Virus record (IMG/VR): IMGVR_UViG_3300035459_000118
Coordinates: 34,972 to 98,971 of that record
Length of the DNA stretch: 64,000 nt
Strand: one strand, 5' to 3'
Origin: a virus
Shown here: positions 1 through 9,567 of the stretch, piece after piece
Numbering within the stretch: the first letter of the stretch is position 1
Layout of the letters: each line of letters starts with the position of its first letter
The notes under the pieces: model-generated
Databases searched by the model: none
The model's input: the letters and a program-made list of their open reading frames with translations, nothing else
What the model was told of the DNA's origin: nothing
Translations under genes and position numbers: made by a program

Positions 1-1628
1 GCAAAATCAACTCAACCAACTGCGAGAAGCACTTTGAAAAAAAACCAGGACAATATGTCATCACCAGCAAGATCGACGGCGGCAGTGTAGTCTGTTACTA
101 TGGAGACACCGGAAAATTTGAAAAGGCCGTCACTCGTGGGGACGGAACAATCGGGATTGACTGCACTGCCAAAATGAAATACATTGTCCCAAAAAATATC
201 GGACTATATGACGTGGCGATTCGTGGCGAAATCACCATGACAAAAGAGATGTTCAATCTTTTCTATCCTGATGCCGCAAGCCCAAGAAACACGGCAATGG
301 GGTTGCTCTCGAAAGACAATCCTACTCCAGAAGAGCTGCTTCGTCTTTCTTTTGTCTCGTATAACATCTATGGACCGGCAGGGGACAAAGAAATCCCTCC
401 CTATCATAAGAAATCAAAAGTCATGCAAGACCTCCACGAAAACGGATTCACCATTGTTCAATATACAAAACTTTTCGACATGGACCCGAGATTTTTGGAG
501 TCCCTTAAAGGCAAGCTCAGCCCAGAATTTCCTGCGGACGGACTGGTCATCACCAACGAATTAAATAGATTTGAAGAAATTGCCTATAAATTTGTAGCTG
601 AAACAGCAGAAACAACCGTGACAAAAATCGAATGGGAGACTTCTCGCCTTGGGAATGTTATCCCTGTTATCTATTTCAATCCGGTAAAACTTTCGGGAGC
701 AACCCTGCAAAAATGCTCCGGATTCAATGCAAAATGGGTCTGCGATAATCGAATTGGTCCAGGGGTCAAGATTATTGTTCACCGCGCTGGCGAGGTAATT
801 CCGGCAATAAAATCCGTTTTCCCAGAAATCCCAGGAAGAAGGCAAACAAATAGACCATCTGAATGCCCAGACTGTTCAACCGTGTTGGAATGGGTAGGTG
901 TTAATCTTTATTGTCCGAACAAAGACTGCTCTAAAAAAGTTGTTTCAAGACTCCTTCTATGGCTTGAATACATGGCTCCAGTGGATTCGCTCGGAGAAAA
1001 CATCTTGCTTCCATTCCTGAAGGAAATACGATGGACTTCCATTAAGGATATTTACAGTCAACGAAAATGGAATGATTTCATCGATAAATTTATCGCCGGA
1101 CATACGATGCACGCTTGCGAACTCCTATGGAAAATGCACGACAAACTCTACCAGGAATCGGTTGATCCAGGAAAATTCTTTGCAGCTTTTGGCCTGCCAA
1201 GTGTTGGAGGGACAATATCAAAAAAGATATCCGAAGAAATTGGGCTTGACCGGTATTTTGAGTATGGTCCCGATACAGCAATGAACCTCGGCAGAATCAC
1301 AAAACCGGCATTGAAATCCCTATATGAAAATTTCAGTTACATGAAAGAAATATACCAACAAATCAAATCCGCGCAAGGCTTTATCAAGAAAGAAAAAAGC
1401 GATGGTATCAAAGTTGCCATTACAGGGAAATTGTCAAAGCCAAGAAAAGATCTCATTTCGGAATTTGCAACCCATGAAATCGAGGTTGTTGATTCAGTTT
1501 CAAAAGGAGTTGCCTATCTCATTACCGACAACCCAAATTCAGGGTCAAGCAAAAATACCTCGGCACAAAAGCTGGGGGTACAAGTAGTTTCTGAAACAGA
1601 ATTCAGGGTTATTGTTAAAATGACGTAA
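1..1628 (+). CDS. ligA: NAD-dependent DNA ligase (5' end lies outside the window)
   Basis: Frame is open from position 3 and contains the KIDG adenylation motif and TRGDG upstream of the listed ATG at 174. RGE, DGLV and AYKF motifs, OB fold, CPDC..CPNKDC zinc finger and C-terminal BRCT (VAITGKL..K..AQKLGV) follow. Confidence 0.95.
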   Translation, partial: KINSTNCEKHFEKKPGQYVITSKIDGGSVVCYYGDTGKFEKAVTRGDGTIGIDCTAKMKYIVPKNIGLYDVAIRGEITMTKEMFNLFYPDAASPRNTAMGLLSKDNPTPEELLRLSFVSYNIYGPAGDKEIPPYHKKSKVMQDLHENGFTIVQYTKLFDMDPRFLESLKGKLSPEFPADGLVITNELNRFEEIAYKFVAETAETTVTKIEWETSRLGNVIPVIYFNPVKLSGATLQKCSGFNAKWVCDNRIGPGVKIIVHRAGEVIPAIKSVFPEIPGRRQTNRPSECPDCSTVLEWVGVNLYCPNKDCSKKVVSRLLLWLEYMAPVDSLGENILLPFLKEIRWTSIKDIYSQRKWNDFIDKFIAGHTMHACELLWKMHDKLYQESVDPGKFFAAFGLPSVGGTISKKISEEIGLDRYFEYGPDTAMNLGRITKPALKSLYENFSYMKEIYQQIKSAQGFIKKEKSDGIKVAITGKLSKPRKDLISEFATHEIEVVDSVSKGVAYLITDNPNSGSSKNTSAQKLGVQVVSETEFRVIVKMT

Positions 1629-1714
1629 CCCATTCTAATCATTAAGAAATAAAAATAAAATTTTTAGAAGCGTCACTTTTCCGCTTATATAAACGAAGGG
1701 AATAAAAAGGTTGA

Positions 1715-1873
1715 CCGAGGCGGCCTCCCTCAGAAAGAAAAACACAAGAAATGCGAAGATCCTTTATGTATGGGCTTGAGGTCATCGTCTTTTTAGATGG
1801 CCTCGGCCTCGGAAACTGAGTCCTTCGTCGCTTGTGTTTTGCTTCGATGGCTTTGAGTCCATACATAAAGGAT
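1715..1873 (+). ncRNA. Structured leader RNA domain 1 (29-bp helix with alternative pairings)
   Basis: 1759-1787 pairs with 1845-1873 without interruption; all 5 non-Watson-Crick pairs are G-U on the + strand. Confidence 0.6.
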
Positions 1874-1890
1874 TTTTTATTTTATGACAT

Positions 1891-2001
1891 AAAGAGATCC
1901 AAAATTATTGGCCCAAAACCAATAATAAGTTTGGCCGGAACCCAAATTTATTCTATCCCCTCGATCATCCCTTATGATCACTTTAGGTTTTGGATCTCTT
2001 T
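1891..2001 (+). promoter_or_regulatory. Four-way-junction structure just upstream of the initiator RBS
   Basis: 14-bp perfect closing stem 1891-1904/1988-2001 encloses three hairpins; GGAGG at 2012-2016. Confidence 0.55.
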
Positions 2002-2023
2002 CTTTTCTCCTGGAGGTTTCTCA

Positions 2024-3571
2024 ATGATTCAGTCTCCCCAACTAGAAGCAAGATATCGCGATGCAGAATTACGATCAAGAAACCAATTTACCCCTTCAAA
2101 TATAACCATCCCAATAGAAGCAGCAATTAATCCTTTCCTGTCAAATACAGAAAAACTACTTTTTGGATGGATTGCAAACACAGCAGCATCAAGCTGGGGA
2201 TGCCAAGATACAAACGAACGTCTTGCAGAAAAAATGGGAAAATGCCCTCAAACAATTACTAATTGCATCTCAAAACTAAAACAATTTCAATATATCGATA
2301 CAATAGACAAAAGAGAAGGATATGATCATTCCTCAAGGACTATATTGGTTGACCTTTCATACCCGCAAAGATATATGGAGGCAAAAGTATTTTATTACGA
2401 CAATTATGGGAGTATAAATCTTAAGGAATTAAACGAGAAACTCAAACCAATAATCGAAGCATGTCGACAAAATCAGGGTATAAGAAAATTTATATACTGG
2501 CATAATCAGGGTATAAAAAACTTTATACCAAATAATAGTATTAGTACAAGTATAGTAATGAAACCATTTACAGATAATAAAAAGAAATTATCTGTAAATA
2601 GGTTTCATATCCGTCCTACGGACGTGTCTGTCTCATCAACTGAAAATCTTCCTCCTGGGGATATTCAACTTGATCTTCCATTAGAACAACCAAAACTCCC
2701 AGTAAGCAGATTCAATCGTCCAGCAAAGCTAACTCCCAAACCAGTCACTTCTCCCACCGTCAAGCAAGCCAGCGTTGCGATGGATAAGATGTTCTGCCAG
2801 ATGGCTAAAGATGAACGCGCCGCCCGTCGAGAAAAGAAAAAGCAAACTCCATTTCAAAGTATCCCCCAAGAAATCCGCATCATGATGGAATCCTGGAAAA
2901 GTCTGGGGTTCAAGATCCCAAATCCAGAAACGGCGCCAAATACTTACAACAAAGCCATTCGTGCCCTGAAGAAGATTCAAACCGGAACCCTTATCCCCGG
3001 AGAAGAAAGAAAATTCAACCCTGACGACATAAACAATGCAATGCTTAAATTCTCACAGATTGTGTTTGACCCGGATTATGGACCCAAACAACCAGTAAAA
3101 GACCAGCTTGCCAAGATGAGCCTGGAGGGTTTTTTATTCAACGCGTATGGTAGAAACATCCGATCTTGGTTCCTCAAGTGTCACGAGGAGGAATTAAAGA
3201 AAAAGTCAGAGATGATTGAGGATAAGTGCCCAGAGGTCACTAACCGACTCAAGGGCTATTACGAGAGATATCCCTTGGCTGGAATGAAGAAGCGATTCAC
3301 AGAGTCCGAAGAGAACAAGTTCCGCTTTGCGACGGCACGCATTGTCGAGTTTTATGACAAGAAGAAACACCGAATGAGCGGTATCACAAGGGGATACCAC
3401 GAGATTGCCGATCTGCTCTGCGAGGCTATTAGAAAGCAATATGGTGATAAGGTCACGAACATTCATCCAGGATCATTTGCATCATCATTTGCATTCTCTT
3501 GCCTGATAAAGCTCATGAATGAGCAGGGCTACTTCACCGATTATCAGGCAACAAATGTTGATGGGTATTGA
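2024..3571 (+). CDS. Replication initiator protein (N-terminal winged HTH, lambda O/DnaD-like organisation)
   Basis: GGAGG before ATG 2024; HTH pattern LSNTEKLLFGWI..TNERLAEKMG..TITNCISKLKQFQYI; Pro-rich linker; internal repeats; directly upstream of dnaB. Confidence 0.7.
   Translation: MIQSPQLEARYRDAELRSRNQFTPSNITIPIEAAINPFLSNTEKLLFGWIANTAASSWGCQDTNERLAEKMGKCPQTITNCISKLKQFQYIDTIDKREGYDHSSRTILVDLSYPQRYMEAKVFYYDNYGSINLKELNEKLKPIIEACRQNQGIRKFIYWHNQGIKNFIPNNSISTSIVMKPFTDNKKKLSVNRFHIRPTDVSVSSTENLPPGDIQLDLPLEQPKLPVSRFNRPAKLTPKPVTSPTVKQASVAMDKMFCQMAKDERAARREKKKQTPFQSIPQEIRIMMESWKSLGFKIPNPETAPNTYNKAIRALKKIQTGTLIPGEERKFNPDDINNAMLKFSQIVFDPDYGPKQPVKDQLAKMSLEGFLFNAYGRNIRSWFLKCHEEELKKKSEMIEDKCPEVTNRLKGYYERYPLAGMKKRFTESEENKFRFATARIVEFYDKKKHRMSGITRGYHEIADLLCEAIRKQYGDKVTNIHPGSFASSFAFSCLIKLMNEQGYFTDYQATNVDGY
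2471..2560. repeat. Iteron-like direct repeats plus AT-rich tract (candidate origin)
   Basis: aatcagggtataagaaaatttatatac (2471) and aatcagggtataaaaaactttatacc (2504), 33 bp apart, with an internal GGTATAAA/TTTATACC dyad in the second copy. Confidence 0.55.
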
Positions 3572-3576
3572 AATTT

Positions 3577-3597
3577 TTCATTAAAGCCCGGTATAAT
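3577..3597 (+). promoter_or_regulatory. Phage promoter motif copy 1 (TTCATTAAA-N4-GGTATAAT)
   Basis: Intergenic, upstream of dnaB; the motif recurs 6 times with fixed spacing. Confidence 0.75.
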
Positions 3598-3630
3598 AAA
3601 CCCAGAAGGAACAATCCAGAAAGGAAATAA

Positions 3631-5202
3631 ATGTCATTATTAAAGCGCAGGGTGGTCGATGTCTCCGCCGAGGAGGATATGTTAACGGGGATGATCGTCA
3701 GTGATACTTTTTGTCGCGATGTAGCAAAGTTGGTCAGTCCATACACTATAGAAACACCATACATCGCACGAATTATCAAATGGTGCCAAGAATATTATTA
3801 CAAGCATAAAGAAGCTCCTGGGATGCTCATCCAGAACATCTTCAATGCTGAAAAGGATAAGATTGATCCAGCCGAACAAGAAGCTATTTCAGGCATCCTC
3901 GTCAAATTGTCCGAACAATATGCCACTTCAGAAATTAACGTCGATTACTTCAAGGATCGTGCAATGGAGCTTATTCGTTCCAGGGCACAAAAATATGCAG
4001 CAACACAAATCCTCTCTCTTAATGAGATTGGCAAAACAAAAGAAGCAGAAATTATCTTCAAGGAATATCACACAATATCAATAGAAACTTCTGGCTGGGA
4101 AGACCCATTCAATCCTGCCGTTATTCGAAATCACTTTGTTGATGAGCAACTCCGCAAAAGCTATCTTTTCCAACTAAAAGGGGAAGTAGGGAAATTTATT
4201 GGCCCTTTTGAACGCAACTGGTTAGTAGCATTCATGGCTCCAGTCAAAAGAGGTAAAACATTTTGGCTTATAGAATTGGCACTGCAAGCAGTCTTTATGG
4301 GGAGGAGGGTCATTTTCATCTCACTTGAAATGAACCTGGAAAGAGTAAGAAGAAGGTTTTACAAACGGTTGACCTCAATGGTCAACGAAACCCTTGATTA
4401 TATTTTCCCTGTATTTGATTGCTTAAAAAATCAGGACAATACTTGTAATAAAAAAGAGAGAGCAATTGATATGAGATTGCTTGATTCAGAAGGTAAAAAA
4501 CCAATCTACACTAGAGAGCTAAAATACAAAGCATGTGAAGCTTGCCGAGGAACAAAAGATTTTATCCCAGCTACTTGGTTCACAACCAACAAAGTCGAAA
4601 AGATGAAAACCCAGAAAGCAATAAAACTACTCGATGCTCAAGCCAAACATTTTGGTTACAATACGAATTTTGGGAGCAACATCAGGACTCTTGCTTATCC
4701 GGCATTTTCTGCCAATCTTAGCCGGGTAAAAAGGGATATAATGAATCTGGTTGAATCCGGACATTTTATTCCAGATGTTATCGTAATCGATTATGCTGAC
4801 ATTCTTGCTCCAGAGGATTCCAGGATTATTGGTCGAGAACGAATAGATCAAACCTGGAAATCCTTGAAAGGAATAAGCGATGAAATGCATTGCATGGTTG
4901 CAACAGCCAGTCAATCAAACCGTGGTTCTTTTGAAAAAAAGAACGTGGTTCAGACTGATGCGTCTGAAGATATCCGTAAACTTGCTAATAGCGATTTATT
5001 TTTAGCAATAAATCAGACCCCACAAGAAAAGAAAGACAGCATAACAAGAATCTCAAGAATCGCTTGTCGCGATGAAAATTTTGATCAGTACGAGGGGGCA
5101 ATCGTGTTGCAACAACTTGCCCTTGGTCAAATTTGCCTTGATAGTTATATGGATAGGCCTACTACGGTATCGCAAATTTCTTATGAAGATTTTTTTGTAT
5201 AA
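3631..5202 (+). CDS. dnaB: Replicative SF4 helicase (DnaB/gp41-like)
   Basis: Walker A APVKRGKT, ISLEM, VIVIDYAD, TASQSNR, SEDI. Confidence 0.9.
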   Translation: MSLLKRRVVDVSAEEDMLTGMIVSDTFCRDVAKLVSPYTIETPYIARIIKWCQEYYYKHKEAPGMLIQNIFNAEKDKIDPAEQEAISGILVKLSEQYATSEINVDYFKDRAMELIRSRAQKYAATQILSLNEIGKTKEAEIIFKEYHTISIETSGWEDPFNPAVIRNHFVDEQLRKSYLFQLKGEVGKFIGPFERNWLVAFMAPVKRGKTFWLIELALQAVFMGRRVIFISLEMNLERVRRRFYKRLTSMVNETLDYIFPVFDCLKNQDNTCNKKERAIDMRLLDSEGKKPIYTRELKYKACEACRGTKDFIPATWFTTNKVEKMKTQKAIKLLDAQAKHFGYNTNFGSNIRTLAYPAFSANLSRVKRDIMNLVESGHFIPDVIVIDYADILAPEDSRIIGRERIDQTWKSLKGISDEMHCMVATASQSNRGSFEKKNVVQTDASEDIRKLANSDLFLAINQTPQEKKDSITRISRIACRDENFDQYEGAIVLQQLALGQICLDSYMDRPTTVSQISYEDFFV

Positions 5203-5213
5203 ATCTTCAACAA

Positions 5214-5234
5214 TTCATTAAAGAGGGGTATAAT
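5214..5234 (+). promoter_or_regulatory. Phage promoter motif copy 2
   Basis: ttcattaaa-gagg-ggtataat. Confidence 0.75.
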
Positions 5235-5301
5235 CATAATACAGAGGATTGGGAGTTACCCAAAATAAAAAATAGAAGAACAAAATGAAAGGAGAAAGAA
5301 G

Positions 5302-5898
5302 ATGGAAAAGGCAAGATTGATCGAGGGAGTTACCACACTGAACGCAGCGGAGTACGAAGTCGATGGGAAGAAACTGCCCATCATTACCGAAAAGATCAAG
5401 TACGTCGCCGTCAAGCTGGAAAAGATCGAAGCGGCATTCAAAGCGGCATGTGAAGGCGTCGCCGGCAAACCCCAGGAGGAATTCGTTCCTCAGCTCGTCG
5501 TCGACGTGTACAATGAATTGGTCGAACCCGCTGCTGCATCTGCCGAGGCCGAAGCAGCTGCTGCCGCCACTACCGAGACAACCGCAACAGAGGCTGCCGG
5601 AACCAAAGCCGAGGAAAAGAAGGCAGACACCAAGGCAGATGCCAAGAAAAAGGCTCCCCCGGCTCGGGCAAAGGATGCCTTCGGCAACGCCATCGGTTCC
5701 ATGACCGGTGAAATCGCTGCTGCCCTGGTCACCGGAGCGAAAAAGGAAGACATCGTCAAAACCCTGATGACCAAATTCGGCCGGACCCAGGAAAAAGCAG
5801 AGGCGTACCTCAAGGGATGCCTCAAGTCGTGGAAGGAACGAGGATTCCAGATCACGGTAAAAGACGAAGTCTACACCATGGCTCTCCCCAAGAAATAA
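5302..5898 (+). CDS. Ala/Glu/Lys-rich putative DNA-binding protein
   Basis: Own promoter and strong RBS, biased codons, low-complexity linker, basic helical C-terminal domain. Confidence 0.5.
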   Translation: MEKARLIEGVTTLNAAEYEVDGKKLPIITEKIKYVAVKLEKIEAAFKAACEGVAGKPQEEFVPQLVVDVYNELVEPAAASAEAEAAAAATTETTATEAAGTKAEEKKADTKADAKKKAPPARAKDAFGNAIGSMTGEIAAALVTGAKKEDIVKTLMTKFGRTQEKAEAYLKGCLKSWKERGFQITVKDEVYTMALPKK

Positions 5899-5928
5899 CA
5901 TCACGGGGGACTGGGTTTTTCTATCAAC

Positions 5929-5961
5929 TTTCCGGGTCGGGAACCTTCTCCGACCCGGAAA
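5929..5961 (+). terminator. GC-rich hairpin (terminator or mRNA-stabilising stem)
   Basis: tttccgggtcgg/ccgacccggaaa 12-bp stem; no clear U-tract. Confidence 0.45.
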
Positions 5962-6050
5962 AGATAATTCCACTCAGGGGAAATCTGCCCTGTTCAACAG
6001 TGTAAAGCAACCTACAACTCAATAAGAGAAAGAAAGGAGGAATACCACCA

Positions 6051-6800
6051 TTGAAAACCGAAGGGGCAACTATCTCTCACCTTCTGAAGAAGGTTTACCT
6101 CGGCGGGATCGTGGAAGAAGCGATCGTAGACTTTGGAGCCAACACAGTCCAGGCTGTCGATCCGACCAATTCCGTTTTTCTTAAGGTGTCAGAAAAACCT
6201 TCGGGGGACGGCATCGGCAGGGTTGGGATTGGAAGCCCAACCCTTTCCATGATCATCAAGCATTTTGATGCAATCAAAGGCGAGATTGCCATCACCCACG
6301 AAAACAATCGCCTGGTCGTAGGGGCAAAAGGTCGAGGAGAGGTAAGGTACCTCACCGTCAAAGAAGAATTCGTAGCCAGTGCTGTCGCTGAGGACAACAT
6401 TGGCGCACTCGTTGACCCCTGCATACTCACAGCCACATTGCCGGCACAGTCCTGCTCCGATTTCATGGCCTACATGGCTTTGGTAAAAACCAAGTCTGCC
6501 AAGTTCCGCTATTCCCAAAAAACCAAGACCGTTCATATCGAAAGTGGGCTGGAAAGCGAACACCAGTTTAATGTCCCGGTCGGAGCGGCAGAATTACTGA
6601 CCGATGATAAACCCGAAGACTTCTCTGTTATGGTTTACGGCAGCCATATTGACCAGATCTTCGGTGTTCTGGAATGGTCGGAAAAAGAAAAACCAGCCAT
6701 CCTCATGGCTCCGAACCATCCCTTGCTCATCGTTCAGAATGACGAAAACATTTGGGCTTGCCTCCCGTTGACGGAGTCGGCCGAAGAACAACAATCGTAA
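6051..6800 (+). CDS. Sliding clamp (gp45/PCNA-like)
   Basis: 249 aa (two-domain clamp size), QAVDPTNSVFL resembles the PCNA N-terminal motif, directly upstream of the clamp loader. Confidence 0.65.
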   Translation: MKTEGATISHLLKKVYLGGIVEEAIVDFGANTVQAVDPTNSVFLKVSEKPSGDGIGRVGIGSPTLSMIIKHFDAIKGEIAITHENNRLVVGAKGRGEVRYLTVKEEFVASAVAEDNIGALVDPCILTATLPAQSCSDFMAYMALVKTKSAKFRYSQKTKTVHIESGLESEHQFNVPVGAAELLTDDKPEDFSVMVYGSHIDQIFGVLEWSEKEKPAILMAPNHPLLIVQNDENIWACLPLTESAEEQQS

Positions 6801-6823
6801 GGAAACCGGCAGGAGCTGAGCGT

Positions 6824-7768
6824 ATGCAATCGAATCTCTCGCAGTTTATCTGGTACGAAAAACACCGCCCATCAATGCTGGACGAAATGACTCTTCCCGT
6901 CCAGTATCGTCGCGCTTTCGAAGGTTACCTGAAAGAAGGGAATCTTCCGCACTTGTTGTTTCATGGTCCCCAGGGTAGCGGGAAAACCACGTTGGCCTTC
7001 GTTCTCATGAACAACATCGACTGCGTGCGGATGATTTTGAACGCTTCGTCGAGCGACCGTGGCGTTGAAACCATGCGAGGAAAAGTGAAGCAATTTGCCT
7101 CAAGCCGAACAGTTGACGGCTCTCTGAAAATCGTGTTTTTTGACGAGAGCGACGGTCTGACTCCTCAGGCACAAGAGGCGCTGCGAAACACTATCGAAAC
7201 ATATGCCCAGACCTGCCGGTTTATTTTCACCTGTAACGAGATCGACCGTATCATTGGTCCACTTCAATCTCGTTTTACCATTTTTGAATTCTCGGCGTTT
7301 CCACTTGATCAGGTTATTCAACAAGCTGAAAAGATCTTGGTCAAGGAACGCATCGAATATGATATAGAAAGCGTCAAAAAAATTGTCAACCAGCATTATC
7401 CAGATGTAAGAGCAATAATTAATAATCTCCAGTTATGTTCATCTGGAGGCGATTTAAATCCCGAAACAGTTTCCAAAACAACCGTTGACCCGGCGTTGTT
7501 GCTTGATTGCATTGCCAACGGGGAAGTTGCAAAGATACGGAAAATGCTCGTTGGGATGTCAAACTTCGTATTCGTCTACCGTTACCTGTTTGATACTCTA
7601 TTGATGTGTGACGACCTCACACAAGAGCAAAAGATAGAAATAACCCACGCCTTGGCCGAAGGGCTTTACCGTGACGCGCTGGTTGCCAATCGGGAAATCA
7701 ATTTCATCGACTGTGTTATAAACATTATGGGGATTATTAAATGCCCCACCATTTCATTTTTGGGATGA
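6824..7768 (+). CDS. Clamp loader AAA+ subunit (gp44/RFC-like)
   Basis: WYEKHRP, GPQGSGKTT, LNASS.RG, FDESD, LQSRF; AGGAG RBS before ATG 6824. Confidence 0.92.
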   Translation: MQSNLSQFIWYEKHRPSMLDEMTLPVQYRRAFEGYLKEGNLPHLLFHGPQGSGKTTLAFVLMNNIDCVRMILNASSSDRGVETMRGKVKQFASSRTVDGSLKIVFFDESDGLTPQAQEALRNTIETYAQTCRFIFTCNEIDRIIGPLQSRFTIFEFSAFPLDQVIQQAEKILVKERIEYDIESVKKIVNQHYPDVRAIINNLQLCSSGGDLNPETVSKTTVDPALLLDCIANGEVAKIRKMLVGMSNFVFVYRYLFDTLLMCDDLTQEQKIEITHALAEGLYRDALVANREINFIDCVINIMGIIKCPTISFLG

Positions 7769-7772
7769 ACAA

Positions 7773-8210
7773 ATGCCCCTTGACCTTTTTGGTTTCATAG
7801 AAAATTTGTTTTCTAAAAAGCAATTCATAGATTCCAGGGAGCCGTATAAAGAGACCTATATGGCGATAAAGTTTTTGTCGCTATATCCCGGGACATTTAT
7901 AATTGCTGCCGTTGCCAACCGGCTTTCCTCAAAGATACCGGCTTGGGCAACTAATGTCTTTTTATTCAACACGATCAAGAAACAAAGGCCTCCTCATTTT
8001 CAGTATCCAAAGGCAGAAGAGAAAGAAAAACAGAAATGGCCCAAAGAAGCCATTCAAAAAATATGTAACAAGTTTTGTTGTTCCGAAGAACATGCTATAC
8101 AAATTTTGCAAATTTTATCAATGAAGGATCATCAAATTCTTGAATCTCTTGGCATAGGGCCAGAAGGAGAAAAGAAAAGTGGCAACAAAAAGAATCGAAG
8201 AGTTCCTTAG
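7773..8210 (+). CDS. Clamp loader small subunit (gp62-like)
   Basis: Size, position after gp44, N-terminal LFGFIENLF, C-terminal helical segment. Confidence 0.6.
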   Translation: MPLDLFGFIENLFSKKQFIDSREPYKETYMAIKFLSLYPGTFIIAAVANRLSSKIPAWATNVFLFNTIKKQRPPHFQYPKAEEKEKQKWPKEAIQKICNKFCCSEEHAIQILQILSMKDHQILESLGIGPEGEKKSGNKKNRRVP

Positions 8211-8667
8211 TAAAGGTGCAAAGCCGGACCCGGTCAGGCAATTTGAAAAGCTTTCCGCCGGCAAAAATAAAGAAGAAGTTCGAGAACTGGAAATGGCGAT
8301 GCTTACTCCAGAACCAATTCCACAATACGTCGGCGAAGAACAACGGTATATCATGAACAGCGAATTTACCGTGAAAATGGTCTTTGCCTCACAAGAGGAC
8401 ATGGACTTCTTTGGTCGATTCATACCAATTGCCAACTATATGGAAAAATCTATAACCGACCTCAAGATCATGTTCGACCTTTTCCGTTCTATAGATGCCG
8501 GCAAAATTTCTTATGATAAAAAGACCGGAGTTTTTCAAATAGAAGCAGAAAAGTCAATAGAGTTACCAAAACTCCCCACCCCTCCATCTGCAAGAACAAT
8601 TATTGAAGGAGTAAAAATCATTGGAAACGACACAACAACACCCATTAAACGATTCTTCCGCCGTTAA
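8179..8667 (+). CDS. Hypothetical protein with C-terminal IKRFFRR tail
   Basis: AGGAG RBS; overlapping GTG start. Confidence 0.6.
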   Translation: MATKRIEEFLSKGAKPDPVRQFEKLSAGKNKEEVRELEMAMLTPEPIPQYVGEEQRYIMNSEFTVKMVFASQEDMDFFGRFIPIANYMEKSITDLKIMFDLFRSIDAGKISYDKKTGVFQIEAEKSIELPKLPTPPSARTIIEGVKIIGNDTTTPIKRFFRR

Positions 8668-8685
8668 ATAGAAAAGAATATAAAA

Positions 8686-9567
8686 ATGCCAAGACCCCAT
8701 AAATATAAGAAAAGACAAAAAGACCTAGGTGGTCCTTGTCCAATTTGTGGAGAACCAAGGAAACTATATAAAAAGACTTGTTCAAAAGAATGCAGTTCTA
8801 CCTTGAAGTCTAGAACTTTAAAGAAAATGTATGATTCTGGAGAATTAGATTTTTTAAAAGATATTCAAAAAATAGTTGGGACTGGGAACCTTGTCGCATT
8901 TAACAAAACAGAAAAAGGCAGAGAAAATGCTTCTGTTGCTTGCATAAAAAGAAATACAATCCATGGGAACCCTACAGAGAAAGAAACAATACGAATAAAG
9001 ATAAGTTCTTCTAGAAAAGAAGGATTGGCTTCTGGAAGAATTCAAAATCCAATGTTAGATCCGATAAAAGCCAAAGAAGCTGGGAGAAAAAGAAAAGCTG
9101 CCTATGATTCTGGTGAAAAAGTTCACCATATGAAAAACCCCTTAGTGGTAAAAAAAGTAAGCGAATCTCTCAAAAAAGCCTATGCATTAGGGAAAATAAC
9201 CCCAAATAGTGTTGTTTATCGGTGTCATTACCATAGAGGTTGGTATGTTGATAAGAATGGTAATTTCCAATTTTATGCAAGCAATTGGGAATTTTTAAGA
9301 ATGGAATTTTTAGATAGCTGTACAGATATAAAATGGAGAAAAATTAGACAAGAATACCGAATCCCATATATCGATATGACAGGAGTACATAGAACCTATT
9401 TTCCGGACTTCGAGGTTCAATTTGGTGATAAAATAATTATAGAAGAAATTGGAATTCATACAGAAGAAAAACAACATAAAATAAGATGTGCTAAGGAATA
9501 TTTTAATAACAAAACAGAAATTTTTGTTGCTCTTGGAGGAAACCAATTAAATGAAAGAACTTGGTAA
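8686..9567 (+). CDS. Putative homing endonuclease (zinc finger, NUMOD-like repeats, TnsA-like PD-(D/E)xK domain)
   Basis: CPIC..CSKEC, basic repeats, YASNWE..IPY..RTYFPDF..IIEEIG; AT-rich. Confidence 0.7.
   Translation: MPRPHKYKKRQKDLGGPCPICGEPRKLYKKTCSKECSSTLKSRTLKKMYDSGELDFLKDIQKIVGTGNLVAFNKTEKGRENASVACIKRNTIHGNPTEKETIRIKISSSRKEGLASGRIQNPMLDPIKAKEAGRKRKAAYDSGEKVHHMKNPLVVKKVSESLKKAYALGKITPNSVVYRCHYHRGWYVDKNGNFQFYASNWEFLRMEFLDSCTDIKWRKIRQEYRIPYIDMTGVHRTYFPDFEVQFGDKIIIEEIGIHTEEKQHKIRCAKEYFNNKTEIFVALGGNQLNERTW

Noticed and set aside
1832-2023. N-terminal extension of the initiator ORF
   Set aside because: Overlaps the structured leader; GGAGG supports ATG 2024.
5218-5973. 251-aa - strand ORF and other overlapping frames
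   Set aside because: Shadows of the codon-biased + strand gene 5302-5898, which has the promoter and RBS.
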